Assembly (NCBI GenBank): GCA_963796055.1
Contig: CAWCKH010000004.1
Location: forward strand, 576,001-640,000
From: an uncultured delta proteobacterium
GTDB lineage: Bacteria > Myxococcota > Myxococcia > Myxococcales > Myxococcaceae
Direction of reading: 5' to 3'
Length of the DNA: 64,000 nucleotides
Shown here in pieces: positions 28,987 through 40,295 of the stretch (position 1 is its first letter; every line of letters begins with the position of its first letter). The position numbers and the translations under genes were made by a program. The notes under the pieces were generated by a model, which worked only from the letters and a program-made list of their open reading frames with translations, did no database searches and had not been told where the DNA came from.

Positions 28987-31900
28987 ATGAGCGGGAAGCC
29001 GAGCGAGTCGGGCACTCCCGCGGAGCCAGCCCCCGACGAGCCCGGCGCCACCTTCGTCCGGCATCCCTCCGACCAGCGCACTGCGGAGCTCCTGCCTTCG
29101 CCATCGCTGCCCACCGGTGACGGAGATCCGGATCTCCCGCGGTTGCGCCCCGAGGAGCTGCTCGCCGGCCGCTTCTCCATCGTCCGCTTCATCGCCCGGG
29201 GCGGCATGGGGGCGGTCTACGAGGCCCAGGACCTGAGCCTCCGGACCCGAGTGGCGCTGAAGATCATCCACAGCGCCCTTCTGGCCGAGTCCTCGGCCCT
29301 GGAACGCTTCCGGCGCGAGGTGCTGCTGGCCCGCCGCGTGGGCCACCCTAACGTCTGCCACGTCTACGAGTTCTACGACGCCCGGACGGCGGAGGGAGTT
29401 CCGGTCCACTTCCTCACCATGGAGCTGCTCGAGGGCGAGACGCTCACCCAGCGGCTCCGCCAGCGAGGGCGGATGAGCACCGCGGAGGCGCTGCCGCTGG
29501 TGCTCCAGATGTGCGACGGGCTCGCGGCCGCCCACGCCGAGGGCGTCGTCCACCGGGACTTCAAGAGCAGCAACGTCCTGCTGGTCCAGCGGCGTGGCCC
29601 CTCCGGCGACTCGGGGACGACCCGCGCGGTGATTACCGACTTCGGTATCGCCCGGCCGCTGGAGATGGGAGCGGAGCCGGGGCTGACCGGTGGCGCAGGG
29701 ATGATCGGCACGCCGGAGTACATGGCCCCCGAGCAGGTGACCGGGGGCGCCATCACCCCCAGCACCGACCTCTACGCGCTCGGCGTCGTCATGTACGAGA
29801 TGGTGACCGGCGAGCTGCCCTTCACCGGCGACACGCCGCTCGCCGCCGCGGCAAAGCGCATCCAGGAGATGCCGCGCGCGCCGCACACCGTGCTCCCCGG
29901 CCTCGACCGGCGCTGGAGCGAGGTCATCCTCCGCTGCCTGGCCCGCGAACCCGAGCGGCGCTTCCGTACCGCAGAGCACGTGCGGGCCGCCCTGCTCGCC
30001 CCGGCCAGGCACCCGGTGCGCAGGGCAGGGCTGGTGGCCGGCGTGGCCCTCGCGCTCACCGCGGCCGTGGTCCTCGCCTCGCTCTACGTTCGCCGGGAGG
30101 GGCGGGTGCGCTGGGCGCGCGACGTCGCGCTTCCGAAGGTGGTCGAGCTGGTGGAGCTGAACAAGTACCCCGAGGCGATGGCCCTCGCCGAGCAGGTTCA
30201 GCAGGTCCTCCCCGACGACCCGAAGCTCCGGAAGCTCTTGCCGGAGATGTCCCGGCTCTACACGGTGGAGACCGCGCCGCCCGGGGCGACGGTGGAGGTG
30301 AAGCCGTACGGCGCGGCCGACGGCGCGTGGCGGAAGCTGGGAACCACCCCGCTCCGCGGCTTCCGGCTGCCGTACGGTCTGTACGTCTGGCGCATCTTCT
30401 CACCCGGGTACGAGCCGGTGACCCTCGCCTACCCAGGGGCCTATGCACCACCGGAGACCACCCTGACCCTGGCCCTGGACCGCGTCGGAGCGGTTCCTCC
30501 GGACATGGTGCGTGTCCCGGGCGGCAGCGTGGATCTCCCCATCCCCGGCCTCGACCATCTTCCGAAGGTCTTCCTCGGCGACTACCTCGTCGATCGCACC
30601 GAGGTCACCAATCGCCAGTTCAAGCGTTTCGTGGACGCCGGCGGTTACCAGCGCCGGGAGCTCTGGAAGGAGCCCTTCGTCCAGGGCGGCCGGACCCTCG
30701 GCTGGGAGCAGGCGATGGCGCTGTTGCACGACCGCACCGGCCGACCCGGTCCAGCGACCTGGGACCTCGGCGACTATCCGGACGGGCAGGCCGACCATCC
30801 GGTCACCGGGGTGAGCTGGTACGAGGCAGCGGCGTACGCCGCGTTCGTCGGCAAGGAGCTGCCCAGCACGTACCAGTGGGCCCATTCCGCAGGGACGTAT
30901 CTGGCCCCGCAGATCGTCCCCGCGAGCAACTTCCGCAACGCCGGAACCGTGCCGGTGGCGACCCTCGGGGCCATCAACCCGTACGGCACCCACGACATGG
31001 CCGGGAACGCCAAGGAGTGGTGCAGGAACGCGGTGAAGGACGGCCGGCGCTTCATCCTGGGCGGCGGCTGGAACGAGCCGTCGTACATGTTCAACGACCC
31101 CGACGCGCAGGATCCATTCACCCGGGGAGTGGCGTACGGACTCCGGCTGGTGAAGCCGCTCGACGATCGGACCGCTCCCGAGGCCTCGGCGGTCATCCCG
31201 CTCGCGGAGCGCGACTACTCCCGGGAGACGCCGGTTCGGCCCGAGATCGCGCAGGCGTACCGGCGCCTCTACGCCTACGACCGGACTCCGCTCGATGCGC
31301 GGACCGAGGAGATCGACGAGAGCTCGGACCGGTGGAGGGTGGAGAAGGTCAGCTTCAACGCCGCGTACGGAGGAGAACGGGTCACGGCGTATCTGCTGAC
31401 GCCGCGGACCGGGCGCCCGCCGTACCCGCTGGTGGTGTTCTTCCCCGGCTCGAACGCGATCCACGAGCGCTCGAGCAAGGACCTTCCCGGGAAGCGCCTG
31501 CTGATCCCCATCGTCCGGAGCGGGCGCGCGGTGCTCTACCCGGTGTTCAAATCCACCTTCGAACGCGCGGATGCGCTCGACTCGGACTACCAGGCGCCGA
31601 CGACCTTCTACCGGGACCACGTGATCATGTGGTCGAAGGACCTCGGCCGTAGCATCGACTGGGCCGAGACGCGGCAGGACCTCGATGCGAAGCGGGTCGC
31701 CTACTACGGCGCGAGCTGGGGCGCCTTCCTCGGTCCGGTGATGATGGCAGTGGAGGAGCGGATCAAGGCCGGGCTCTGGGTGGGCGGCGGGCTGGAGTCC
31801 CAGGGAAGTCTCCCCGAGGCCGACCCCTTCAACTTCCTCGGCCTGGTCCGCCAGCCGGTGCTGATGGTCAACGGGCGCTACGACTTCTTCTTTCCCGTCG

Positions 31901-32052
31901 AGGAGACGCAGGTGCCGATGTTCAAGCTGCTCGGTACCCCGGCCAAGGACAAGCGGCACCTGGTCCTCGAGGCGGGCCACGTTCCGCCGAACGACGTGCT
32001 GACCAAGGAAGTCCTCGACTGGCTGGACCGCTACCTCGGGCCGGCCGGCTGA
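28987..32052 (+). CDS. Ser/Thr kinase - TM - FGE-sulfatase (SUMF1)-like - alpha/beta hydrolase fusion
   Basis: GGMGAVY, VALK, HRDFKSSN, DFG, APE; TEVTN, HPVTGVSWYEA, DMAGNAKEW; GASWG, GRYD, GH triad. Confidence 0.9.
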   Translation: MSGKPSESGTPAEPAPDEPGATFVRHPSDQRTAELLPSPSLPTGDGDPDLPRLRPEELLAGRFSIVRFIARGGMGAVYEAQDLSLRTRVALKIIHSALLAESSALERFRREVLLARRVGHPNVCHVYEFYDARTAEGVPVHFLTMELLEGETLTQRLRQRGRMSTAEALPLVLQMCDGLAAAHAEGVVHRDFKSSNVLLVQRRGPSGDSGTTRAVITDFGIARPLEMGAEPGLTGGAGMIGTPEYMAPEQVTGGAITPSTDLYALGVVMYEMVTGELPFTGDTPLAAAAKRIQEMPRAPHTVLPGLDRRWSEVILRCLAREPERRFRTAEHVRAALLAPARHPVRRAGLVAGVALALTAAVVLASLYVRREGRVRWARDVALPKVVELVELNKYPEAMALAEQVQQVLPDDPKLRKLLPEMSRLYTVETAPPGATVEVKPYGAADGAWRKLGTTPLRGFRLPYGLYVWRIFSPGYEPVTLAYPGAYAPPETTLTLALDRVGAVPPDMVRVPGGSVDLPIPGLDHLPKVFLGDYLVDRTEVTNRQFKRFVDAGGYQRRELWKEPFVQGGRTLGWEQAMALLHDRTGRPGPATWDLGDYPDGQADHPVTGVSWYEAAAYAAFVGKELPSTYQWAHSAGTYLAPQIVPASNFRNAGTVPVATLGAINPYGTHDMAGNAKEWCRNAVKDGRRFILGGGWNEPSYMFNDPDAQDPFTRGVAYGLRLVKPLDDRTAPEASAVIPLAERDYSRETPVRPEIAQAYRRLYAYDRTPLDARTEEIDESSDRWRVEKVSFNAAYGGERVTAYLLTPRTGRPPYPLVVFFPGSNAIHERSSKDLPGKRLLIPIVRSGRAVLYPVFKSTFERADALDSDYQAPTTFYRDHVIMWSKDLGRSIDWAETRQDLDAKRVAYYGASWGAFLGPVMMAVEERIKAGLWVGGGLESQGSLPEADPFNFLGLVRQPVLMVNGRYDFFFPVEETQVPMFKLLGTPAKDKRHLVLEAGHVPPNDVLTKEVLDWLDRYLGPAG

Positions 32053-32192
32053 GGCGCGCGGCCACGCCCCGTCCGGCACGCCGGAGACCGGCCCGGCGGA
32101 CGGCGGGACTGTCCTGACCGACACGGTCGATTCCTGGGTCCCCGAGCGCGTCCCGCCCCTGCGGCAGTACCCTCCCCTCGCTGGGAGGGACG

Positions 32193-33185
32193 ATGAATCC
32201 CCTCTGGAGAACCGGCAAGCCGGCTGCGTGGCTTGCTGCGATGTTCGTGGGCTCCTCCGGGGCCGGCTGCGGCTCGGACGCGCCGGAGGCCTCGTGCGAC
32301 ACCTCCTGCGGCGCGTGGTCCATACATGCCCCGCTGTCGCTCGGACCGCGGCAGGAGATGGGTGTCGCCGCGGTGGATGGACGGGTGTACGTCGTCGGAG
32401 GATTCGATGGCTCCGGTCAAGCCGTGGCCACGGTCGAAGCGTACGATCCCGGCACCGATCACTGGACTCAGCGGGCATCGCTGCCCTCCCCCCTTCACCA
32501 CGTCAACGTGGCCGCCGTGGGGGGCAAGCTGTTCGTGGTCGGCGGGCTCACCGGGTCCTCGTTCACGGCGACCGGGACGACGCTGGTCTACGACCCTGCG
32601 GCCGACAGCTGGACTCCGCTCAGCTCCATGCCGTCCGGAACCGAGCGGGGCGCCTCGGGGGTGGCGGTGCTGGACGGGCGGATCGTCGTGGCCGGTGGGC
32701 TCAGGGGCGTGTCGGTGACGGACGCCTCGATCTTCGACCCACAGACGAACGCCTGGTCGCCGCTGCAGCCGCTCGCGGTCGCGCGCGATCACCTCGCCGC
32801 CGCGACCGTCGACGGGCGGGTTTACGCGGTCTCGGGGCGGGACAACGGGATGCTCAGGGCCGCGCTCGAGGTCCTCGATGCCACGAACGGCACCTGGAGC
32901 CGGCGCGCGGACATCCCCACCGCCCGGGGCGGATGCGCCGGAGCGGAGCTCTCCGGTCGTCTGGTCGTCCTGGGGGGAGAGGGGAACGATGCCGATCCCG
33001 CCGGGATCTTCCACCAGACCGAGAGCTACGATCCGGGCACCGACCGCTGGCGGACCGACACCCCGATGCGGACGGGCCGACACGGCATCGGCGCCGCGGT
33101 GGTCGGAACCCGCCTCTACGTCCCCGGTGGCGCGACGCGCGAAGGCTACGGTGCGGCGGCGGTGAACGAGTCCTTCGCCTACTGA
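32193..33185 (+). CDS. Kelch-repeat beta-propeller, probable lipoprotein
   Basis: Six repeats of the GRVYVVGG...YDP..D.W type; GAGC lipobox-like motif. Confidence 0.88.
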   Translation: MNPLWRTGKPAAWLAAMFVGSSGAGCGSDAPEASCDTSCGAWSIHAPLSLGPRQEMGVAAVDGRVYVVGGFDGSGQAVATVEAYDPGTDHWTQRASLPSPLHHVNVAAVGGKLFVVGGLTGSSFTATGTTLVYDPAADSWTPLSSMPSGTERGASGVAVLDGRIVVAGGLRGVSVTDASIFDPQTNAWSPLQPLAVARDHLAAATVDGRVYAVSGRDNGMLRAALEVLDATNGTWSRRADIPTARGGCAGAELSGRLVVLGGEGNDADPAGIFHQTESYDPGTDRWRTDTPMRTGRHGIGAAVVGTRLYVPGGATREGYGAAAVNESFAY

Positions 33186-33265
33186 TGGATTGCCACCTTC
33201 ACTCGAGCCTAGCCGGCCCCCGCTGACGGCTTGCCCTCCCGGGACGGACTAAGTTCCGGGGCTCC

Positions 33266-34909
33266 GTGCTCCGCATCATCCCCCTCGGCGGCCTCGGCGA
33301 GATTGGCCTGAACTCGATGGTCGTCGAGTGCCAGGACGAGCTGCTGCTCGTCGACGCGGGCCTGCTCTTCCCTCCGCCCGAGCTGCCCGGGGTGGAGCTC
33401 ATCATCCCCGACTTCAGCTACCTCCGGGACGCAGCGGCGCAGCTCGGGGCGGTGCTGCTCACCCACGCGCACGAGGACCACATCGGTGCGCTCCCCTTCC
33501 TGCTCCGCGAGCGCATGGTTCCGGTCTACGGGACACGGCTCACCCTGGCCCTGGTGGCCGAGCGGCTCGACCAGATGGACGTCCGGGCCGACCTCCGGGA
33601 GATCCTCCCCGGCGAGCCGTTCCACCCCACGCCCACCTTCGAGGCCGAGGCTTTCCGCGTCGCCCACTCCATCCCCGACGCGGTCGGCTTCCTGCTCCGC
33701 ACGCCCGAGGGCACGCTGGTCCACACCGGTGACTTCAAGCTCGACCAGACACCGCTCGATGCGCGGCCCACCGATCTCCCCCGGCTGGAGGCGCTGGGCG
33801 ACGGCGAGGTGCTGTGCCTGCTGAGCGACTCGACCAACGCCGAGGTGGAGGGCGAGACGCCGCCCGAGCGGGAGGTGGCCCAGACCCTGGACCGGCTCAT
33901 CCCCCAGGCCGGTGGCCGGGTGCTGGTGGGGCTCTTCGCCTCGCACCTGCACCGGGTGCAGCACGTCATCCACGTCTGCCATCGCACCGGACGCCGGCTG
34001 GTCCTCGCCGGGCGGAGCCTGGAACGCAACGTGGAGGCCGCTCGCCGCGCCGGACGGCTCGAGGTCCCCGAGGGTCTGCTCTGCGCGGTGGAGGAGGCCG
34101 AAGGGCTCCTCCCGCACCACGTCTGCATCCTGGCCACCGGCGCCCAGGGCGAGCCGCACGCGGCGCTCTCCCAGCTGTGTCAGCCGGAGGTCGAGGGGCT
34201 GCGCATCGAGCGCGGCGACACGGTGCTCCTCAGCTCGCGCCCCATCCCCGGCAACGAGCGGGCGGTGAGCACCCTCATCAACACCCTGCTCGCCGCCGGG
34301 GCGCGGGTGGTGCACGCCGGCATCGAGCCCGGCCTGCACGTCTCCGGACATGCGGCACGGGCCCAGCAGCGGCGCATGCTCGAGGCGGTCCGCCCCCGGC
34401 ACTTCGTCCCCATCCACGGCGAGCTGCGCCAGCTCACCGCCCACGTCGAACTCGCCCGGAGCGCCGGCCTGGCGGCCGAGCAGTGCTTCCTCGCCCGCGA
34501 CGGGGACGTGCTGGGCTTCGCCCGAGGGCAGGGCGCGTTCTGGGGCAAGGCGCACGTGGGGAGGGTGTTCGAGAGCCGGGCCGGCGGCGGGGACATCGCC
34601 CCGGAGGCGCTCTCGGCCCGGAACCGGCTGGCCCGGACCGGGGTGGTGGCGGTGGTGGTGACCATCTCCCGCGACACCGGGGCCTACGTGGGCCTGCCTC
34701 AGCTGGTGGGCCGCGGCCTGACCCGTGACGAGGAGCGGGTGCTCGAGTCGGCCGCGCTGGACCTCGTCCCGCTGCTCGAGGAGTTGAGCCCGGCGGTGCG
34801 CGGCGACGACGCCTTCCTCCGGGAGGCGCTGGTGCGGGTCACCCGCCAGGTGTTCCGGGACCGGGCGGCACGGCGGCCGTTGATCCTCCCGCTGCTCGTC
34901 CGGATCTGA
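33266..34909 (+). CDS. rnj: Ribonuclease J
   Basis: PLGGLGEIG, THAHEDHIG, AHSIPD, HTGDFK, SDSTNA, HVSGH, PIHGE. Confidence 0.95.
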   Translation: MLRIIPLGGLGEIGLNSMVVECQDELLLVDAGLLFPPPELPGVELIIPDFSYLRDAAAQLGAVLLTHAHEDHIGALPFLLRERMVPVYGTRLTLALVAERLDQMDVRADLREILPGEPFHPTPTFEAEAFRVAHSIPDAVGFLLRTPEGTLVHTGDFKLDQTPLDARPTDLPRLEALGDGEVLCLLSDSTNAEVEGETPPEREVAQTLDRLIPQAGGRVLVGLFASHLHRVQHVIHVCHRTGRRLVLAGRSLERNVEAARRAGRLEVPEGLLCAVEEAEGLLPHHVCILATGAQGEPHAALSQLCQPEVEGLRIERGDTVLLSSRPIPGNERAVSTLINTLLAAGARVVHAGIEPGLHVSGHAARAQQRRMLEAVRPRHFVPIHGELRQLTAHVELARSAGLAAEQCFLARDGDVLGFARGQGAFWGKAHVGRVFESRAGGGDIAPEALSARNRLARTGVVAVVVTISRDTGAYVGLPQLVGRGLTRDEERVLESAALDLVPLLEELSPAVRGDDAFLREALVRVTRQVFRDRAARRPLILPLLVRI

Positions 34910-35003
34910 CCTCCAGACCCCTTGCCGGGCAGGCGGGAGACCACCTCCCGGGCTCCCTCTGGTATGACCCCCGCGCCCTCGGCCCCGGGCCCGGGGCTCC
35001 TCG

Positions 35004-36085
35004 ATGCTGCCGTTTCTCCTCAGTACCTTCCTGCTCGCCAACCCGGACGAGCCGCCTCCGGCGCGTCCGGTGCCCGAGCTCGCCCGCAGCCCCAAGGTGG
35101 ACGGGGTGCTGGGCGATTTCCGGGGAGGTCTGCCCCTGACGGCGAAGCCGCTGGAAGGCGCCAGCGCCCAGCTCACCGCCCGGGTGGGAGCGTTCCGGGA
35201 CACGCTCTACGTCGCGCTGGAGGTGCAGGACGAGGCCATCACCGACCGCGACCGGGTGACGCTCGCCCTCCACTTCCCCGAGGCGGGGGTCACGGCCGGG
35301 GCCGCGGTGTTCCGGTTCGGCCCGGGCGGGAAGCTCGACCCGCGACCGGAGGACGGGGTGAGCCCCGGAAGCCTGGCCCTGGTCGACTCCGCCGTGCACC
35401 GCACCCGGAAGGGCGTCTCGCTGGAGGTGGCGGTGCCCGCCCGCGCCCTCCCCCGCTTCCCGGCCCGGGACGCGCTGGTCCTCGAGATGTGCCTCTCGTA
35501 CGAGGACGCGGACGACGCCGGACCGGCGGCGAAGGAGATCTCCACCTGTGTCACCGGCGCCCCACCGCCCGAGCTGCTGGCGTTGCCGGCCGCGTTCCGG
35601 CAGGGCCTCCGGCCGCGTCCACCCGCCGAGGTGCAGACCGTCGAGGGCAGGCCGGGGGGCTGGGTGGGCTTCAACGGGCAGGTGGATCCGAAATGGGTGC
35701 TCGGGGACCGGCCGCTGAACGAGCAGTCGCTCCGGGTGCTGGTCGCCGAGGCCCCCATCGACCCCGCCGCGGTGCGGGTCTACGTGCCGTCCCGGATGCA
35801 GCTGCCGGATGGCAAGGGGCTGCTCGCGGTCCTCACCGGGCAGGATCCGTTTGGCGCGGACGACAGCTGCGCCCCGGAGCGGGAGATGCGGCTGGCGGTG
35901 TTCTGGGTGAAGGGACGGGTGGGAGAACGGGTCCTGGACTGGCCGGCGATGAGCTGCGCCCTGGGAAAGGCCCTCTCGGTGTCACTCGATGAGGACGGCG
36001 AGCTGTCGGTCGGTTATTCCAGCGGCGCCACGGTCCGCTTCACCTGGGACCGGGACCACTTCGAACGCATCGAGTACGGACTGCT

Positions 36086-36089
<4 letters not shown>
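35004..36089 (+). CDS. Secreted hypothetical protein (DOMON/CBM9-like start)
   Basis: Signal peptide, [19 protein letters not shown]; stop overlaps the rimO start. Confidence 0.7.
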
Positions 36090-37450
<1,361 letters not shown>

Positions 37451-37465
37451 CGCGCGCGCCCGCGA

Positions 37466-37983
37466 CTAGATGTCGAAGGAGAAGGCGCCCAGGGCGAGCA
37501 GACCGGCGGCGTGCACCCCTGCGGGCTTGCCCACCCCCACCAGGAGCTGGACGGTCACCGGCCGGACGATGCGCCAGAACACGGTGGCTCCGCCGCGCAG
37601 GTCGGCGAAGAGCATCTGCGGACTCTTCCAGCCATCCTCGTCGTGCACCTCGGACTGGCCCCGCGCCTCGACCCCGGCCCGGACGTCGTCGGTGAAGCGC
37701 CAGCCGACGAGGAGCTTGATCTCGGCGTCCATCCCCGGGTCGTCGATCTCCCAGCCCCAGACCAGGTTCAGCACGGTGTCCAGCCGCCCCCAGCTCCGGC
37801 CGAGGGCCAGCAGAGTCCGCCGCCGCTGGCGAAGACACGCAAGGTCCCCGGATCCGGCACCGCCGAGGCCTCGACCAGAAGCCCGTCCACGTCCAGCATC
37901 TGCGCGGACGCCTCGGGGGCGAACGCCAGTGCGAGCAGCCCGATCCAGGCGCGGGCCGCAGGGAGCTCACGAGGGTCAGGCAT
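37466..37983 (-). pseudogene. Outer-membrane beta-strand protein, disrupted near 37815 (frameshift, probably a deletion)
   Basis: Signal peptide ...EASA|Q and LRVFASGGG are in one frame; LLALGRSWGRLDTVLNL...FSFDI is in another. Confidence 0.5.
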
Positions 37984-38041
37984 CGATCTTCCCCTTCCTC
38001 GAGCCGACCTTAGTCAAGCCGGGGTGGAGCGTGGGGCGAAC

Positions 38042-38941
38042 TCAGCGGGGCTCGCGCTCGGGGGTCGTGGGCGCGGTGCCGGTCCCCGCATCCTCGACCT
38101 GCCGACAGTCCGGCGCCGGGGCGCCCTTCGGGCGGACCAAGGTCATTCGCGCGTTCGCCAGGTCGATGATCACCCGCCGGGCACCCCACGCCTCGGGGCC
38201 GAGCGCCCCGATGGCCGGAGCGCGCGTCCAGTCGGTCCGGGTGCGCACCGGCACGTCGCAGGCCTCCCAGCCCGGAGCGAGCTGCACCGCGCGGAGCACG
38301 CTCTCCGCCCCCAGCAGCCGCGCCTGGAACCGGGCCAGCTCGGTCGGGCGCCCGGTGGCGAGGACGAGGGTCTGCAGCACCGTCGCCGAGGTGCCGGCCA
38401 GCTGCGCGGTGGCGAGGAGCCGGTCGGTGTCGGGAGCGCGGGTGACGTCCACCTGGGTCTGCTCGACGGTGGCCGGAAGCTCCGGCGCCGCGCGCGCGAT
38501 GCGGACCGTGCCGGCGTCCAGGTCCACGTCGAGCACCGACCGCCCGAGCACGTCGAGGCCCAGCAAGAGGACACAGCTGGTCTCCGGCACCACGGCCGCC
38601 CGGAACGCTGGGAGGGGATGCGTGCCGATGGTCACCCCGGTCAGGGGGATCTCCGGCACCGTCTCCCATCCGCCCTGCAGGAGCGGCAGGCGGACCTGCA
38701 CCTGGGACGTGACGGCCGCCGCGGGACACTTCGCCGAGAGCAGGGACCGCGGCTCCTCGATCGCCAGCCGGACGTCGGTGTTCGTCCCTCCGACGGTGCC
38801 CTCCACGGGCAACCCCGGACCGGGCCGCAGCGAGAGCTTCACCGTCGGACCGGTGTTCGTGGCGCCGGCGCCATGGGCGCAGCCGGCGGCCAGCGCGAGG
38901 AGGACGGCGAGTCGACCCACGGGGGGGCGCAGCGCGACCAT
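38042..38941 (-). CDS. Lipoprotein with degenerate retropepsin-like (aspartyl protease) domains
   Basis: Lipobox AAGC; LLGLDVL and VIIDLANARM resemble clan AA folds, but DTG is replaced (LATG). Confidence 0.55.
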   Translation of the reverse strand: MVALRPPVGRLAVLLALAAGCAHGAGATNTGPTVKLSLRPGPGLPVEGTVGGTNTDVRLAIEEPRSLLSAKCPAAAVTSQVQVRLPLLQGGWETVPEIPLTGVTIGTHPLPAFRAAVVPETSCVLLLGLDVLGRSVLDVDLDAGTVRIARAAPELPATVEQTQVDVTRAPDTDRLLATAQLAGTSATVLQTLVLATGRPTELARFQARLLGAESVLRAVQLAPGWEACDVPVRTRTDWTRAPAIGALGPEAWGARRVIIDLANARMTLVRPKGAPAPDCRQVEDAGTGTAPTTPEREPR

Positions 38942-38943
38942 GC

Positions 38944-39618
38944 TCAGCGCGCGGCGCTGGTGTCGATGATCTGCGTGCCCGGAGGCGGCGAGAGCTGGAA
39001 GGTGTCCTTCGGAAGTCCCACGTTGGTCTTGAGATTCGAGAAGGCGATGACGTTCCGGCTGCCGTCGGGATCGACCACGATGCTCCGGCGGACCTGCGCG
39101 GTCCTGGGGTCGATGTCCAGCTGCACCTCGCGGAATCGCGCGTCGGGCTTCTTCGGCACCAGGGTGAGCAGCGTCCCCAGGCATTCCTTGCACTCCGTCC
39201 GCGAGATGTCGAACTCGTCGGTCAGCTTCCCCTTTCCCCAGAGAAAGGTCACCGAGGCAGAGAGCTGGCTGGTGGGGAGCGCGGCCTTGGTCAGGGTCTG
39301 CGCCTCGGGGTCGAGCGCATAGATCCGCTCTCCGGAGAGCACGAAGCTTCGCTTCGAGGGGGTGAGGTACTCCCAGCGCATCTTGGCCGGCTTCTGGAAC
39401 GCCGCCGTCCCGGTCGAGACCACCGTTCGGTTGAACGTCTTGTAGAAGTACTCCTGCTTGAAGTCGGCGGTGAAGTCCTGGGTGCGCTCGTAGAAGCCCT
39501 GCATCCGTTCCACCAGCGTCTTGACCTCGGGCGTCATCGGACGCTCGGCGGCCCGGGTCGGGGACGCGGCGAGCACGAGGAGCAGCGGAAGCAGTGACAT
39601 GGAGTGCAGCCGTGTCAT
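38944..39618 (-). CDS. lolA: Outer membrane lipoprotein carrier
   Basis: DFTADFKQ, FQKPAKMRWEY, FSNLKTNVGLPKDTF..PPPGTQII; start may be 39600. Confidence 0.9.
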   Translation of the reverse strand: MTRLHSMSLLPLLLVLAASPTRAAERPMTPEVKTLVERMQGFYERTQDFTADFKQEYFYKTFNRTVVSTGTAAFQKPAKMRWEYLTPSKRSFVLSGERIYALDPEAQTLTKAALPTSQLSASVTFLWGKGKLTDEFDISRTECKECLGTLLTLVPKKPDARFREVQLDIDPRTAQVRRSIVVDPDGSRNVIAFSNLKTNVGLPKDTFQLSPPPGTQIIDTSAAR

Positions 39619-39713
39619 GCACCGGCTCCGACGTCCAGATCCACCTGCCGATTCAGTTTCCGGCCGGGGCGGAGCCGTGGCACCCTCCGGCCCCCCATGT
39701 CCAAGGAGGAGTC

Positions 39714-40274
39714 ATGCGCCCGTCTGGTCGACTTGCCACCTTCGTTCTCGTCGTTGCGGTCCCCGCGCTCGCCCAGAGCACCGGCTCCGCCAAGCCCGCG
39801 CCCCCGAAGCCCAACCCGGCCCTGACCGAGGCCTTCAAGGACGCAAGCGGGACCTGGGCCTGCACCGGCTCGATGGACAATCCCCAGTCGCCAGGCACAC
39901 AGGTCAAGACCAAGTCGGAGATGAAGATTGTCCCGGAGGTGGACGGCTTCGCCTACTCCGGCCACTACCTCCTGGAGAAGAACGCCGCCATGCCAGCAGG
40001 GATGAAGGGCACTCTGAAGTGGGGCTGGGACGACGCGAAGGGCAAGCTGGTCGAGTTTGGCTTCGACAACGTGGGGAGCAGCTGGCAGGGCACCTCGGAG
40101 GGGCAGAAGGGCGACACCACGGTCTGGGCGGAGGAGGGAGCGATGATGGGCCAGCCGGCGAAGACCCGCACCACGGTGACCCGGAAGGGTCCTCGCGAGA
40201 TCACCATCGTCACCGAGCTCGAGAACAAGGGCGCCTGGCAGAAGATGGGCGAGGACCACTGCAAGAAGAAGTAG
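39714..40274 (+). CDS. Secreted beta-barrel protein (DUF1579-like)
   Basis: aagggagga RBS, signal peptide VPALA|Q, GTWACTG, WGWD, FDNVG. Confidence 0.7.
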   Translation: MRPSGRLATFVLVVAVPALAQSTGSAKPAPPKPNPALTEAFKDASGTWACTGSMDNPQSPGTQVKTKSEMKIVPEVDGFAYSGHYLLEKNAAMPAGMKGTLKWGWDDAKGKLVEFGFDNVGSSWQGTSEGQKGDTTVWAEEGAMMGQPAKTRTTVTRKGPREITIVTELENKGAWQKMGEDHCKKK

Positions 40275-40295
40275 CGGCCGTGGCAGAGTGCACCC

